The translations under genes were made by a program, and so were the position numbers. Under the pieces are notes generated by a model that ran no database searches, was not told the origin of the DNA, and saw nothing but the letters and a program-made list of their open reading frames with translations. A stretch of 64,000 nt of DNA from Botryllus schlosseri (taxonomy: Eukaryota): assembly GCA_051294905.1 (NCBI GenBank), contig CM119373.1:2294001-2358000 (forward strand). Reading direction: 5' to 3'. Shown here one piece after another: positions 25,918-37,535 of the stretch; within the stretch, counting starts at the first letter, position 1; each line of letters starts with the position of its first letter.

Positions 25918-25966
25918 CGGCATCCTCGTTTCTTGTGGCTTGGCCGTCTCGCTCCAAGTCAGGCAT
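25918..25966 (-). CDS. Candidate first coding exon of the minus-strand gene (MPDLERDGQATRNEDA + phase-1 G)
   Basis: ATG at 25966-25964 with an in-frame upstream TAA; perfect donor GCCG|GTGAGT at 25918; its phase-1 end matches the phase-1 acceptor at 4294; acidic composition like the large exon. The link across about 21.6 kb is inference. Confidence 0.45.
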
Positions 25967-28953
25967 GTCCGCTTCGGTCTCGTCACAATGCTCTTACTCC
26001 GAAAATATCAAACGCTGACGAAGTTCGGAAACACTCCGCGTAGTTCAGGTCAGTAGAACTTGGTTATATCCAGCGAGGGTCGAAAAAAACATTATCCACA
26101 CGAAGATTCTTATTTTCCTCCACGGCAGTTGACAGATTGCTTAGCAATATTATATGTTAGTAGCAGCTTCGAAGAAGTAACACCCGATATTAAAGTCAGC
26201 GGTCACTGAAGGTTGAAGATGTGATCTTTATACAAACGCGATGAGCGATCGCCCTGTCACACGCGAAAACCTACTCGATTTAACAGCGCAGGAGCGAATA
26301 TTTATTGCACGGAATGTTAACAACTTTCATTACACGCGGCAAAGCAAAGACACAGACACCTCCAGAACAAGACGAAAGTCAGCTAACACAATACGACGAT
26401 CACCTTTCTAACCGGCGGCTTCCACGCAGTTGCTAACTACGATCACATCTCCCTAAATTAACAGCAGTGTACGCCAGTAATTATACGACTAATCGTTAAG
26501 AAGACATGCTTGTAAATACACGAGAAATCGTTAAGAGGACATGCTTGTAAAATAGCAGTTAACGCAACTTCGTCCGGCTGATTCCGAGGGTGTCGTTTGC
26601 AATTAATTACACACACGATTCTAGCACTCAGTTCGCAAACCACTAGTAATCAGGAGGCAAGTAACTTGGGTAATAATCTGTAATAGTCTTGTATTTATAA
26701 TCGAATCCACTGCTTATAAAGCCTAGAATGGGACCGGCAGATACGGACTACTGAGTAATAATGAAGAAAATCGGGCTGGTGTAAACGACCACAGTAAAGT
26801 TAAGAAACATCATCAGTACCGTACCAATAAAGAACACTGATGAAATCTACCTATATCCCCAGAAACCACACAGTATACCATTGCCGACGGCTTCAGAAGT
26901 CACGATTATGCTTCGGAATTGCGAACACGTATGGTACTAACGATATGTATTGAACGTTACATCCTCCTGTGCTACGCTGCGCCATTGTAATATTGACAGT
27001 TTTAACCATTTAGTTATTTGCACACACTGCAATGACAAGCTTGTAGTTCCAATCTACACCTGCCTCAGCCTGTTCAGCCCACTCTCGTCACAGTGTTGAC
27101 AAATAACAGAGAAAATCCCACTTCGCTCTACTCTCGAACACGAATCAAAACTAACCTTCGCGGCGCAACTGAAGGAATGTATATACCTGGTTTCTCTCGT
27201 TAAAAACGCTGACAATCCCCATGACTCCTTGAAAAAGGAGCTTATATAACCTAGTATAACCTAGCAGCTTTAAGACTATCGATCAAGCAGATACTAGCAC
27301 ACGCTGATGCGTAAGATCTCACAGAAAAGTTGATATATGTAATTGTTGAGAGGTGCGAATAACTAACTTATTTGTAAACAAGAAGTTTCCGTTAATCGAT
27401 AATTAAAACATAGAATGCCGGTTTGAAAGTGACTGGAAAATCGCATGAGTTATGTATGCATAACAAACAGACTTCGGTGGCGGGCTTCTAGAGCCGACAA
27501 GCAATCAACAATGTTGGGTACATTAGCACAAATGAACACGTCACACCTTTACCAAAACAATTCCATAGTTAATTATAGCCTGGACCGGCCACGCAGAGTA
27601 AATAACCACCCTATCTTAAGCGCTCATCTCGAGCTTATATATATTTGCTCGCACAAACAAAAGACATAAACATGTAGTAAGCAGTGGTGCACGGCATAAT
27701 TTATTAAACCTGTGTGGCGAACAGCTGACCAATGGTGACCATAGCATTGTTGAGACGTAACGTTGGAGTTATCACGCCGATGGTCTGAGGCTGCGTCATG
27801 ACTTTGACTAGCTATATAGCAATCATCTTGTATACTGTGTACTGTGTGTGTAGGTAGGACGTAGGTAGATTATGGAGTTCATCACCATTCAAAGCGCAAG
27901 CTACAGATCTCACTAAGGTCTCCAGCCTCTTTCTCTTGTGCAGTGAACAATGTTTTTGATCAAGTTTTGTCGCGAAATCTTATTAACGCCGAAAGCCAAT
28001 ATCTTGACGATGCAGGAAAGATAACTATTTTCTGTATACAATACAAAGACTTATCGCAACCGCAGAAAATTGTATAGAGTAGCTCCACGTTTTACGGTAT
28101 GATTTGAAAATCGTTCTCTACCCACGCAATTTTAATGTACCGGTTGATCCATTTTCACATAACATGCACTCCTATAACTGTTAAACTGTAAACAAAGTCT
28201 GCTATATTATCGCAGTAAAACGCGTGCTTTATATTTATATATATAAAAAGAGATGACAGAGTGGCGTGTAGTCACAGCGTTATACTGAGTTGTCCGCGGT
28301 AAGCCACGATTAACACCAGAACCAGACCATAACGCTACAGGCAAGAATCGCATTAACTGAAATTCTGCAAAAGCGTTTACGAACCAGAGCTAACAGGAGC
28401 TTCATTATGACAAGCTCATCGGCATACACGCGTGCACGCGTTCGATATTGCCAATTTTCCAGGAAGGCCAGTTGAGAAGCAGACACGCTGGCTGTAAATA
28501 TAGCGTTACAAAGCCAAATATAATGGGAAAATGAATAAATCTTCAAGATCACAACACATGTGTCAGATGTGTGATAATGATAACACTCGCACAGATTTTA
28601 CTGGAAATTTTACGAGCCAGATAAATGAGTAATGGTCACACGATGCGACAACGTCTGTTACCGCGTTAATAAATATAATCGGGCGGATATCTATCGGGTC
28701 AATTGATGGGTCAATATCACCTATCACACGATTTATTCAGATTTTTCGTGGAAAACTTACTTATATGCTGATAACACTGTAGTACAACCAGAGGCGGGCA
28801 GAGTGCATACTCTTTACAATTTGTATTGGGAAAGTAGATAGTAGTTTTGGAATAGGTAATATTACTTTTCTGAGTAAAAGTGTCTAAGAACTGCGTGAAA
28901 TGGCCCTGCAGGCTGCATGCATTACAGTTAACGATTACGATTGCACCTGTTTG

Positions 28954-29872
28954 CAGTGTTGGGATGACTCGAGTCGCCTTTTTCGTATGACTTGACTTGA
29001 CTCGAGTCACTTTGCTAAAATGACTTGACTTGACTTGACTCGGCGTATCAACAATGTGGATTGACTCGTGACTCGGAGCAAAATTCACGAGTCAATTTCA
29101 AGTCATCAAGTAATCGGTGTCGATAAAAATCATTGTATCTTGCATATGGTCGTATTGCTCACGAAACGCTCGTGTAACCTGCGAAAGCGACTAATCATTC
29201 AAGGATCGTGCATTTCACCGTGCTTTCATTGTTCTTTCCCAAATAAATTGACCGTAAACGAAGTGATCGAAGCTTGTAGGTTACGATGTCGTAAACTAGT
29301 ATAGTAACGTAATTTAATAGTAAAATGTATATTTCTGTTTTCTGTTCTTACCTTAACCAAACCTCTTGGTTTATTGAAATTGAATTCGATATAGTCATCA
29401 ACCATTGACGCAGGCTCGAATGTTTGTATAGTGCATCTTATCAATTCGTTTCTCTATTCTCTATTTTGGCTGGTAACTATAAACTGAGGCTATGCAATTG
29501 CTTACGTAGTTTAGCAGTTCTAGGTATATGTGAACGATACAGCGTCTTCTTGCGTGTATATTTAACTCTGTATTCGTTCATTGGTTCAGAATCAATGACC
29601 ACTCAATCTGTATTTCAGACAGCCAGAAAAAAGATATGACATAATCATGCCTCATACTTCGAAAAGCCAACTTGACTTGAACTGTGACTTGACTCGTGAC
29701 TTGACTTGACTTGACTTGACTCGACTTGACTCGAGTCACCTCCAAAAATCGAGTGACTTGACTTGACTCGAGTCACTTTCGAAAATCGATTGACTTGACT
29801 TGACTCGAGTCAAAATGTGCATTGACTCGAAATGACTCGTGACTCGAAGGTAGTGACTTGATCCCAACACTG
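28954..29872. mobile_element. hAT (Ac-like) MITE, 919 bp, with GACTT/GACTCGAGTC subterminal arrays
   Basis: TIR CAGTGTTGGGA/TCCCAACACTG; perfect TSD CCTGTTTG (28946-53, 29873-80). Confidence 0.93.
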
Positions 29873-30264
29873 CCTGTTTGTGATGTCATCGGTCACTTTG
29901 CGTTCGATGCGAATATATACAATTACACATCTCTCAATATCGACAGTAGCCACCTCCGATTAACCTCTAAAAGTATGCGTCGCCTCGACAAAATCGACCT
30001 TTTGAAATTACGCGTTTGAGTACTTCCAGACTCGCATTTTCTACTTCCAAGTAGTATCAGCTACTTCTACTGGTAATTGAGTAACAATTTACTCCTACTT
30101 CTACGTCTACGTTAACTAGCATTGTTGTCTACTTTGACTTTCTCTGAGTACATCAATAATAGTAGGAAACATAGCGGTGCCGTTATTACAATCTAAAAGA
30201 CGTAACGTGATCGAGATTGTGACATCATGCTGGATGGAGTTTTATAACCAAACAAACCAGACTT

Positions 30265-30375
30265 GGAAAACGAGAAATTTTTCAGCTTTTGCAAATTGGA
30301 TTATAAATAGAATTATAGCTACATAGATTTTTCCAAATTAGAATAGAACTAGAATTATAGCTACATAGATTTTTG
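30265..30375 (-). repeat. 42-bp-minisatellite element, 3' fragment
   Basis: AATTATAGCTACATAGATTT at 30311 and 30353 (42 apart); terminal GGAAAACGAGAAATTTTTCAGCTTTT. Confidence 0.75.
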
Positions 30376-30394
30376 AGCTTCCTGGAGGTTCACG

Positions 30395-30560
30395 ACTTCA
30401 ATATACAATTAAATAGCATATTCATATTGAAATGAACCCGAATAATTTTGGCTGATATACTCGCCTGGGTACTAGTAGCTGACGATTACCCATGACACGT
30501 GTCGGCCGAAAATATTCGGGTTCATTTCCAAGATCATTATTCTATTCAATTATACAAAGT
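30395..30560. mobile_element. Head-to-head inverted pair of Penelope pLTR ends with decayed hammerheads
   Basis: The plus arm (30478-30521) reads GCTGACGATTACCC ATGACAC GTGTCGGCCGAAAATATTCGGGT, with a mutated core. The minus arm (about 30395-30470) is truncated. The tails are inverted relative to each other. Confidence 0.8.
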
Positions 30561-30863
30561 TTTTTTTCCAAATTAGGCAAGATTTGGTATCAATTAATTC
30601 GTGAAAATCACCGACACAGTATCGAATATGTAATGCCTCGGCGGTGAGATTCAACCCGTTTTACGATAGCTACGACCATTCGCATATGTAGTAGTTTTCA
30701 GAAAATTCACGGTCATTGATATCGACTGCCTACAAAAATAAGCTATAGAGCCCTTGACAAAATCCTTGAATTTAATCAAACTGGGAATTATTGATTCTGA
30801 AAAATTGATTCAGGTCTCAATTTAATAACTTCTCATCGATTCCTGTGAGAACTTGTTATAAAC

Positions 30864-31846
30864 CAGGGGTCACCAACACGCGGCCCGCCAAGTCATATTC
30901 TGCGGCCCGCGACCTGATTTGAGATTTAGGAAGAAAGCTAAGAACACCAATTTGAAATGCTGAAATTAACTACAGTTTCAACGTGTTGTTGTTGTTTCAA
31001 AATAAGCTATTCTCCTGTGCCCAACATCACTATTCGTCATTATAGCTAAAACGGCTGTGGTGATGGCAACAGCATTCCATCGAGGGAAAATCAGCTGATG
31101 TGAATGGGCATATTGTCTTGACTTGCAATGGCCCAAACACTGTCAAGACCGAGACGCATAGAAAACGGCTTAGGGCAGTGGTTACTAAAAAGGGTAGCGC
31201 GCGCTCCTTGTGGGGGCGCGAAAGCATCTGAAGGGGAGGCGGAGATGCGCTAAAATGAAAATTTTTTCGCGCTCGGCGCGATTCACCTCTATTTATTAGT
31301 TATTGCTATGTATATAGTCCGGAATTCATCTTATAGAAGTATGTTATCAACAGCCATAACCTTCCATGCCATCAAACTAGCTGTTGGGATTTCTAGCATT
31401 CTGGTTGCAGTTTGTGATATGACGATTTTTCAGTATCATAAAGGCGTGTGTGTCTAAAAAAGTTTGAGAACCACTGGCTTAGGGCTTCCCCACAAGATCA
31501 TGCTCTACGTGGAGATGGTCTTTCAGCTAGTAACGTATCTCGCTAGTCCCAATATCGATTCCTTTGTCGCTGAAAAGCGTTTCCAGGTATCGTACACAGC
31601 TCACAGTTCAAAATAAAATATAATTGGTGATGATGATTTTTTGTTGTATTTGTATTCCTTTAATGAAATATTATTTCTTTTGTGGTCAAATATGCCCATC
31701 GCCTATGATAGGTAGCTCACCGTTGTACTGACGTAGAGTTTTAGAAAGTGGTTGCCTATTTTACATCGATATCAAATTCATGCGGCCCGCGGCCTCTACG
31801 AAATTTGAAAAGTGGCCCGCGACCTGTTTTGAGTTGGCGACCCCTG
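30864..31846 (+). mobile_element. hAT (Charlie/Buster-like) non-autonomous element containing a nested MITE
   Basis: TIR CAGGGGTCACCAAC/GTTGGCGACCCCTG; GCGGCCCGC subterminal repeats; perfect TSD TTATAAAC. Internal PNIDSFVAEKRFQVS (31548-31592) resembles the hAT transposase C-terminus. Confidence 0.93.
31176..31476. mobile_element. Nested hAT MITE, 301 bp
   Basis: TIR CAGTGGTTACTAAA/TTTGAGAACCACTG; perfect TSD GCTTAGGG (31168-75, 31477-84). Confidence 0.93.
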
Positions 31847-32424
31847 TTATAAACCATGCATTGTTCGCTGCGCGCAGTGAGCGGTGGGGATAATTAGGAA
31901 TTAGACATCGCGAATCCGGGACTTCAAACTTGAAGTCTAATTTAGTATTAATGATGTTTTTCAGATCAACCTTGCTTGGCCACAATTGGCTATGGTGTCA
32001 CGGATAGCAAATTTGTAAATTGACTTTATCAAGGCACTATAGCTCGTACTGCTGTATCTGTAGTCGAGATGTGGAGACATCAAAATGATACAGGGTGACT
32101 TCGAAATGTTTGCGAAACATTCCGGATTTGAAGTTTTCAGTCTCAGCAAATTAGTGACCAATCTGACAATAATCGTTTGAAATAGAAATTCTTGAATTAT
32201 TCCTCAAACTGCCCCAATGAAGGTATTGAAACCTCTACACGAAATACATTTTCTGTTGTGATATACATAACCACTATACCAGAATAAGTTCACGACGCGG
32301 ATTTTCAAGACAATGAACACAGCTGCAAAATTCGCTTCGAAATAATAAAAGTCTACCCAATTTCAACATATAGAATGTGGTTACTTTACTTCTCTTCGAA
32401 ATTACAATGAAATGTCGATCATGG

Positions 32425-32580
32425 CCGTCCGAGTCTCGAGTAATGTGACTTGGTTCGAGTCAGGCGCGATGACACGAGTCCAAGTCGAGTCAATACACAG
32501 ATTGACTCGAGTGGAGTCGAGTCATTTCCGTATTTTGAGAAAATGACTCGAGTCAACTCGAGTCATTACAACCTTGCAAA
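32425..32580. repeat. GACTCGAGTC-array transposon end (relatives 62935-63120, 63640-63780)
   Basis: Repeated ACTCGAGTC/GAGTCAAGTC ending GAGTCATTACAACC, the same end as 63765-63777. Confidence 0.6.
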
Positions 32581-33865
32581 ACTGACATGCAATCACGTAC
32601 CAGTTGTAATTTAGCAAACACGGTTGACATAACGTAAGCTGTGACTCGGACTGAGTAATCAGTGTTGAAGTCATAACCCCGAAATAGGAAAATCGATCGC
32701 AATGAACAGCCCAATCACACGAGGATGATCGATCCCTCCAGGTCTGACCATGCTGCAGTAACCAAGGCCATTAGTTTACAGAGAGATCATCGCCTATCAC
32801 TACGAATGGAGCGTACAAAAATAATGCGACCCGCTAAATACCGCGAGTCCGTGACTGATGGATTACAAGACTACCTACCGTGTGATTACATGACAAATTA
32901 GATAGTGACTTTTTGTCTGAGATATCGTGCAACACCGATGCGTTTTTACAGTACACCCACCATACAACAAGTTTGCATAAACAGCATATTGGCGGGCATT
33001 ATCTCCGATCAGTTTTCGCGAGGAGATTAGGGATGGATCGAAGCGAGTTATCGTTAGACCGGTACCTACCTACCGCAACATTGTTTTTCGAATGTCTGGT
33101 CTGTTGAGAATTTCTTCCACGAAAGGTAAACGATTACCTAACTATGGCGATCGCAAGCACAGTTTAGTGGCATTTTCACAATTTTGTCATCTACTCGAGT
33201 TGAATTAAATCACCGAATTTACTGAAAGTTGGATTTTACAATCCCTACTCTGTGTTTGTTTTTATAGCCTTGAAACTCCATCATTATATACGCGATGAAG
33301 ATACCTCAATAGATGTCATTGTAAATTAAATTGCATTATCACAACATAATCTCAGTGGTCGAGAGAAGTCTGACGTGATTCTTAGCAAATCCTAAAGTTT
33401 CGATAGCGGGTATTCACAGATAGTCTGTACGCTTCAAAACTCTTGACTTACAGTAAATAGGCCACTTTGGTTATGGGTTTCGCGGCTTAGAATATATATT
33501 TACAGCGTCCAGAACTCCATTTGCCATCCGATCAGCATAAGAACATTCTCACAAAAGCCCACAAAAGTGGGATCTTTAATAAGTACAGTACAACGATTTC
33601 AGCACTGAGAACCGAGTCGCGTATTAATTGGAATGATTCAAGCCGTGTAGTAAGAGTCGATTTTTGTCGAGTAACGAAATTATACAATGTTTTCCGCAAT
33701 TACGATATAAGATATCGGTGCGATATAGGAATTGACGTATCGACACTATCTTCCCATCATCAAAGCTTTGAAACTTCCGTTGGTTTCGTCATAGTGTCCA
33801 AAATATATAGCGTGCGGCTACGCATGTTTGCGGGAGCGCGACACTTCTGAATAGTGATGATGACT

Positions 33866-34340
33866 GAGAACAAGTTTTTGCAACTTTTGCAACTTTTTTT
33901 CCAGCTTCCGGCAGCTTCCTAAATATTCAGAAGTTTTGCGGTATGGCGTTTCAACCTTCAAGCTGTTTGGAGGAATCTTATATTGCAAGTTTTTTGGTTT
34001 TTCATGAAACTAACTTTTTACTGGACATATTGGAACTATATGTAAATAGATCGCTTGATAATTTCACCGTCGTTCAAATTTGAGGTTATCTCTGATTTGA
34101 CGTTTATTCAGGCTAGACCGCCGAAAATTATATTTTCACTAGATCAATTTTTCAGGCTAGAGATTTTGTTGTAGTCGCCAACGCCGAGTTTTGCTACTGA
34201 GCCTTCGAAGCGGAACGATTCGAGTATCTCATACCCTAATAATTTCAAGGAGCTTGTCCATAAATGCAACATTTAGTGCAACTTGTGTGAAAAATTAGTG
34301 CAACTTTCCACGGACTTGACTGCAACAAAAACTTGCCCTG
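33866..34340. mobile_element. Older copy of the 5898-6307 MITE family
   Basis: Shares CAAGTTTTTGCAACTTT..CAGCTTCCGGCAGCTTCCTAAATA and the right end GCAACAAAAACTTGCCCTG. The left TIR is decayed and no TSD is visible. Confidence 0.75.
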
Positions 34341-35825
34341 GTTATTAGTCGACTCGGGATCAAGTCAGTCAGGAACTAGGTTTTTCCCAGTGCTAGCTAT
34401 AATTCGCTATGCAATAATCCTATGATTGTTGGCCTCGTGTAAAATGACCAGATATGTGGCTTAGTATTTTATGGTGCGACGACATTTCATGTTACACCAT
34501 TCCGATGTAATCTTTATACGACTCCTGAGCTGTAAACTTAGAACAGGTAACCACCCCCAAAGTGAGTCATTTATTTACAATGTTCCGTATTCATGGTGAA
34601 TGGATAACAGCTTGGTTTGATGTTGCCTGCCTGTAATTCATTGCCCTTATGAAGCTTACCACTCTGCCAACGACTCCTTAAACCTGGTTTACATAAGCCT
34701 CACTACACCAGTCACCTTTCCCAGACCATTGCGCACAGCTGTGCGACATGACTAACTGCTGATCGCGACACCTTTACTCGCGGCGCACTTATTACGCTAC
34801 AAAGTTTCGTTATTAATATTTAGGTTCACTCTTTTAACAAGAAGTCCGCGATGATGACTAACCGAGCATGGCATTCACTGAAGGAAAACAGGAAAGCTAT
34901 GATTAGATTTAGCAAGAGAATTTCTAGTAATGCGCAACAGAACCAGAACGGCAATGGTGTTTATCCTGGAGTTGCGATCATTTCCAGCACCGAAAGCGGG
35001 CGAATCTGCAGGGCACCTTATCATACGAGTCACAGGGCATATGGGTGGACTACTATCAGAAAACCAACAGTTACATATTCATGTCATTATTCTCCCGGCC
35101 CCTAATTACACTTACGGTAATGTCACTCGCGACATTTTAGAGTAGACCAATTATGTAGCTCCAAACCTGTTGCATGTTAAAGATCTATCTGGCTGCTGTA
35201 AGTGACAGACCTCAAACTAGATCACAGAGGCGTGAAATATTAAAAAAGAATGCCATCAAATAGCAGTCTCTATTCCCAGATATGTAAGCTGCAAAGTGAA
35301 CACTGCATACACGTTGGTATATTATGAAACATCGAAAAGATTCCTACCCGCATAATGAAGTATATTCCACTTTCTTAGAAAATCCACGAGGCCTACGCTA
35401 GATCTCACATCAACAACGCCTGCCTTGCGGCTACATCCGACTCCGCACACGTTACCAATCTTAACATCTTTCCGTTAACCTGTTTACTCGACACTTTGGC
35501 TCGACTCATTCCATTCTGTTGAAATGTAATTCCATCAAAACAGGGCGATATTTCCACACGCCGAAACGTGTGAATGGCTTCGGGCGCCAGGATCTGTCGA
35601 AATGACTGGTTGAACCGCGCCAGATCGTGGTTTAATTACGGCACCCCGAAATGATGCGCGACAGGTACGAATTAAACGCGCGCTGTAACACCTATTAGGC
35701 CGGATAGCGATTTGCTAAACCGTGTGAATTCTCATTGATGTTTGAATTAACGAATGAATCGCAACAGGCGGTGCGTCGTTTCCACTTGGCTACTGAAATG
35801 ACACATTCGATGCAGAGTCTGACAT

Positions 35826-36788
35826 CCAGAGTACATTCAGCTTTGGAGATTAGATTAGAACTAGAATTAGGCACGAAGATTTTTCTTTCAAATTAGACTA
35901 AAATTAGAATGATCGATACATCGTTTTTTTTTTCAAAATTGGATTAAAGTTGTAATGATAGGTTCACACATTCTTTTCCAAATTAGACTTGAATTAGAAT
36001 TACTGAATTCGCGAAAAGATGAAAATTGAAGCTATTTCAGTTCATATGAGTTCATAAGCACGAGAATGACAAATGCCTGTACACTAGGGCTCTTCAAAAA
36101 TTACCTTTTTTCTCAAATCGTACTGGCTACTTGATAAAATTGTTAGGTTACCTAATTTAAGCCTACACACAAAATTTGGTTCAATTCGAGCCAGTAAACG
36201 CTTTGCTACAGGAGAAGAAAGTTTCTATTTATTACATAAAAATCAATATTAAAAAATTTAAAAATTTTCTGGTCACCCCATGAAAGTGTTTGGCTGTCTA
36301 TAGAAACGATGCTCACCAAATTTGGTTCAATTCCAACCAATGGAAGCGGAGTTATTGCCGTCGAAAAATTTGGATTTGAATAAAATAGTATTCACGGTGA
36401 GCACAACTACAATAAATAAACAAAGAATTGGTCACCGTAAATACTATTTTATTCAAATCCAAATTTTTCGATGGCAATAACTCCGCTTCCACGGGTTGGA
36501 ATTGAACCAAAATTGGTGAGCATCATTTCTATAGACAGCCTAACACTTTCATGGGGTGAACAGAAAATTTTCAAATTTTTCATTATTTATTTTTATATAA
36601 TAAATAGAAACTTTCTTATCCAGTAGCAAAGCGGTTACTGGCTGGAATTGAACCAAATTTTGTGTGTGGGCTTAAATTAGGTAACCTAACAATTTTATCA
36701 AGTAGCCAGTACGATTTGAGAAAATAATTCATTTTTGAAGAGCCCTACTGTACAGTGTACACCCAGCTCGGCTCGTTTCGCACTATAC
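35826..36788 (-). repeat. 42-bp-minisatellite element split by the foldback insertion
   Basis: Host sequence CACGAGAATGACAAATGCCTGTA ends at about 36084 and resumes CAGCTCGGCTCGTTTCGCACTATA after 36755. Confidence 0.8.
36085..36747. mobile_element. Foldback (near-perfect palindrome) DNA element, 663 bp
   Basis: Ends TAGGGCTCTTCAAAAAT/ATTTTTGAAGAGCCCTA; arms of about 310 bp inverted around a short AT-rich spacer; flanks CTGTACAC/CTGTACAG. Inserted in a minisatellite-element copy. Confidence 0.92.
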
Positions 36789-36908
36789 CAGCGGTTCTCA
36801 AAGGGTGGGCCACAGAGCTATTTGGAAAATTGTAGAATTAGTGAAAGTTTAGTTATATTTGTTATATTCATATATTCATAATTAAATAGTATATTCATAT
36901 TGAAATGA

Positions 36909-36952
36909 ACCCGAATATTTTCGGCTGACACTCGTCAGGGGTAATCGTCAGC
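36909..36952 (-). ncRNA. Minimal type I hammerhead ribozyme, intact
   Basis: Reads GCTGACG ATT ACCC CTGACGA G TGTCAGC C GAAA ATAT TC GGGT: core CUGACGA and GAAA, stem I ACCC/GGGU, palindromic stem III AAUAUU, UUC triplet (predicted cut between 36913 and 36912). Confidence 0.85.
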
Positions 36953-37043
36953 AACTAGTAGAGAATTGGAAAGAACATTGTATATCAACAATCGTATCAC
37001 AAAATATGACGTCACCAGCATGAAATTTCGAATGAGAGAGCGT

Positions 37044-37535
37044 TCAATGTACTATTTTTAGGTGATACACGAACTCCTTTTGTTGACAGAGTTTTGGTTG
37101 GTGTATTTTGATAAAAGTTGATTCCAAGGCACACAAATGGAATTGTGAATGGCCTCGACCTACGATTCGAAATCGGTCGTCTCGATAATTATTCGCACAA
37201 ATCGGATTATCCAACAGATGTTTGCCGATGGCAGAATTAATTGCCTTTGATCGATCAGCATCAATCTTAAGTGGATGAGTTAAGGGTGAGCTTTTCACAT
37301 CGCGTGACGCACGTGTTCTGATGAATCTGGGGACATGTTGGTTTATGCGGTCCTGCAGACGTCTTGACGTTCTTCCCACGTAGCCACAATCACAGTGGCA
37401 CCTATATTCGTACACTACATTACTTTGTTGAAGTGCAGGAAGCACGTCTTTGCGTGTTGAAGGGAGCAGTTGTGTTGTTGTAAAAATCACATTGGTTTTG
37501 ACTGTATCGTAACATTTACCGACAGCAGAAATCAA
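37044..37535 (-). pseudogene. Penelope-type GIY-YIG endonuclease domain (C-terminal fragment of the PLE ORF)
   Basis: SNVVYEYRCHCDCGYVGRTSRRLQDRINQH...SAIGKHL...FRIVGRG...LESTFIKIHQPKLCQQKEFV matches the PLE endonuclease pattern (VY..C.C...YVG.T.R.L..RI..H; AI..H; E..FI....P.L). Confidence 0.88.

Noticed and set aside
26011-26040. Hammerhead-like CTGACGAAGTTCGGAAACACTC near the candidate first exon
   Set aside because: No 10.1-11.1 pair, stem III fails and stem I is only 2-3 bp; likely chance.
31985-32190. Possible Buster transposase relic (..LYQG...GDFEMF)
   Set aside because: Only two short motifs with stops and frameshifts and no termini; too weak to list as a feature.
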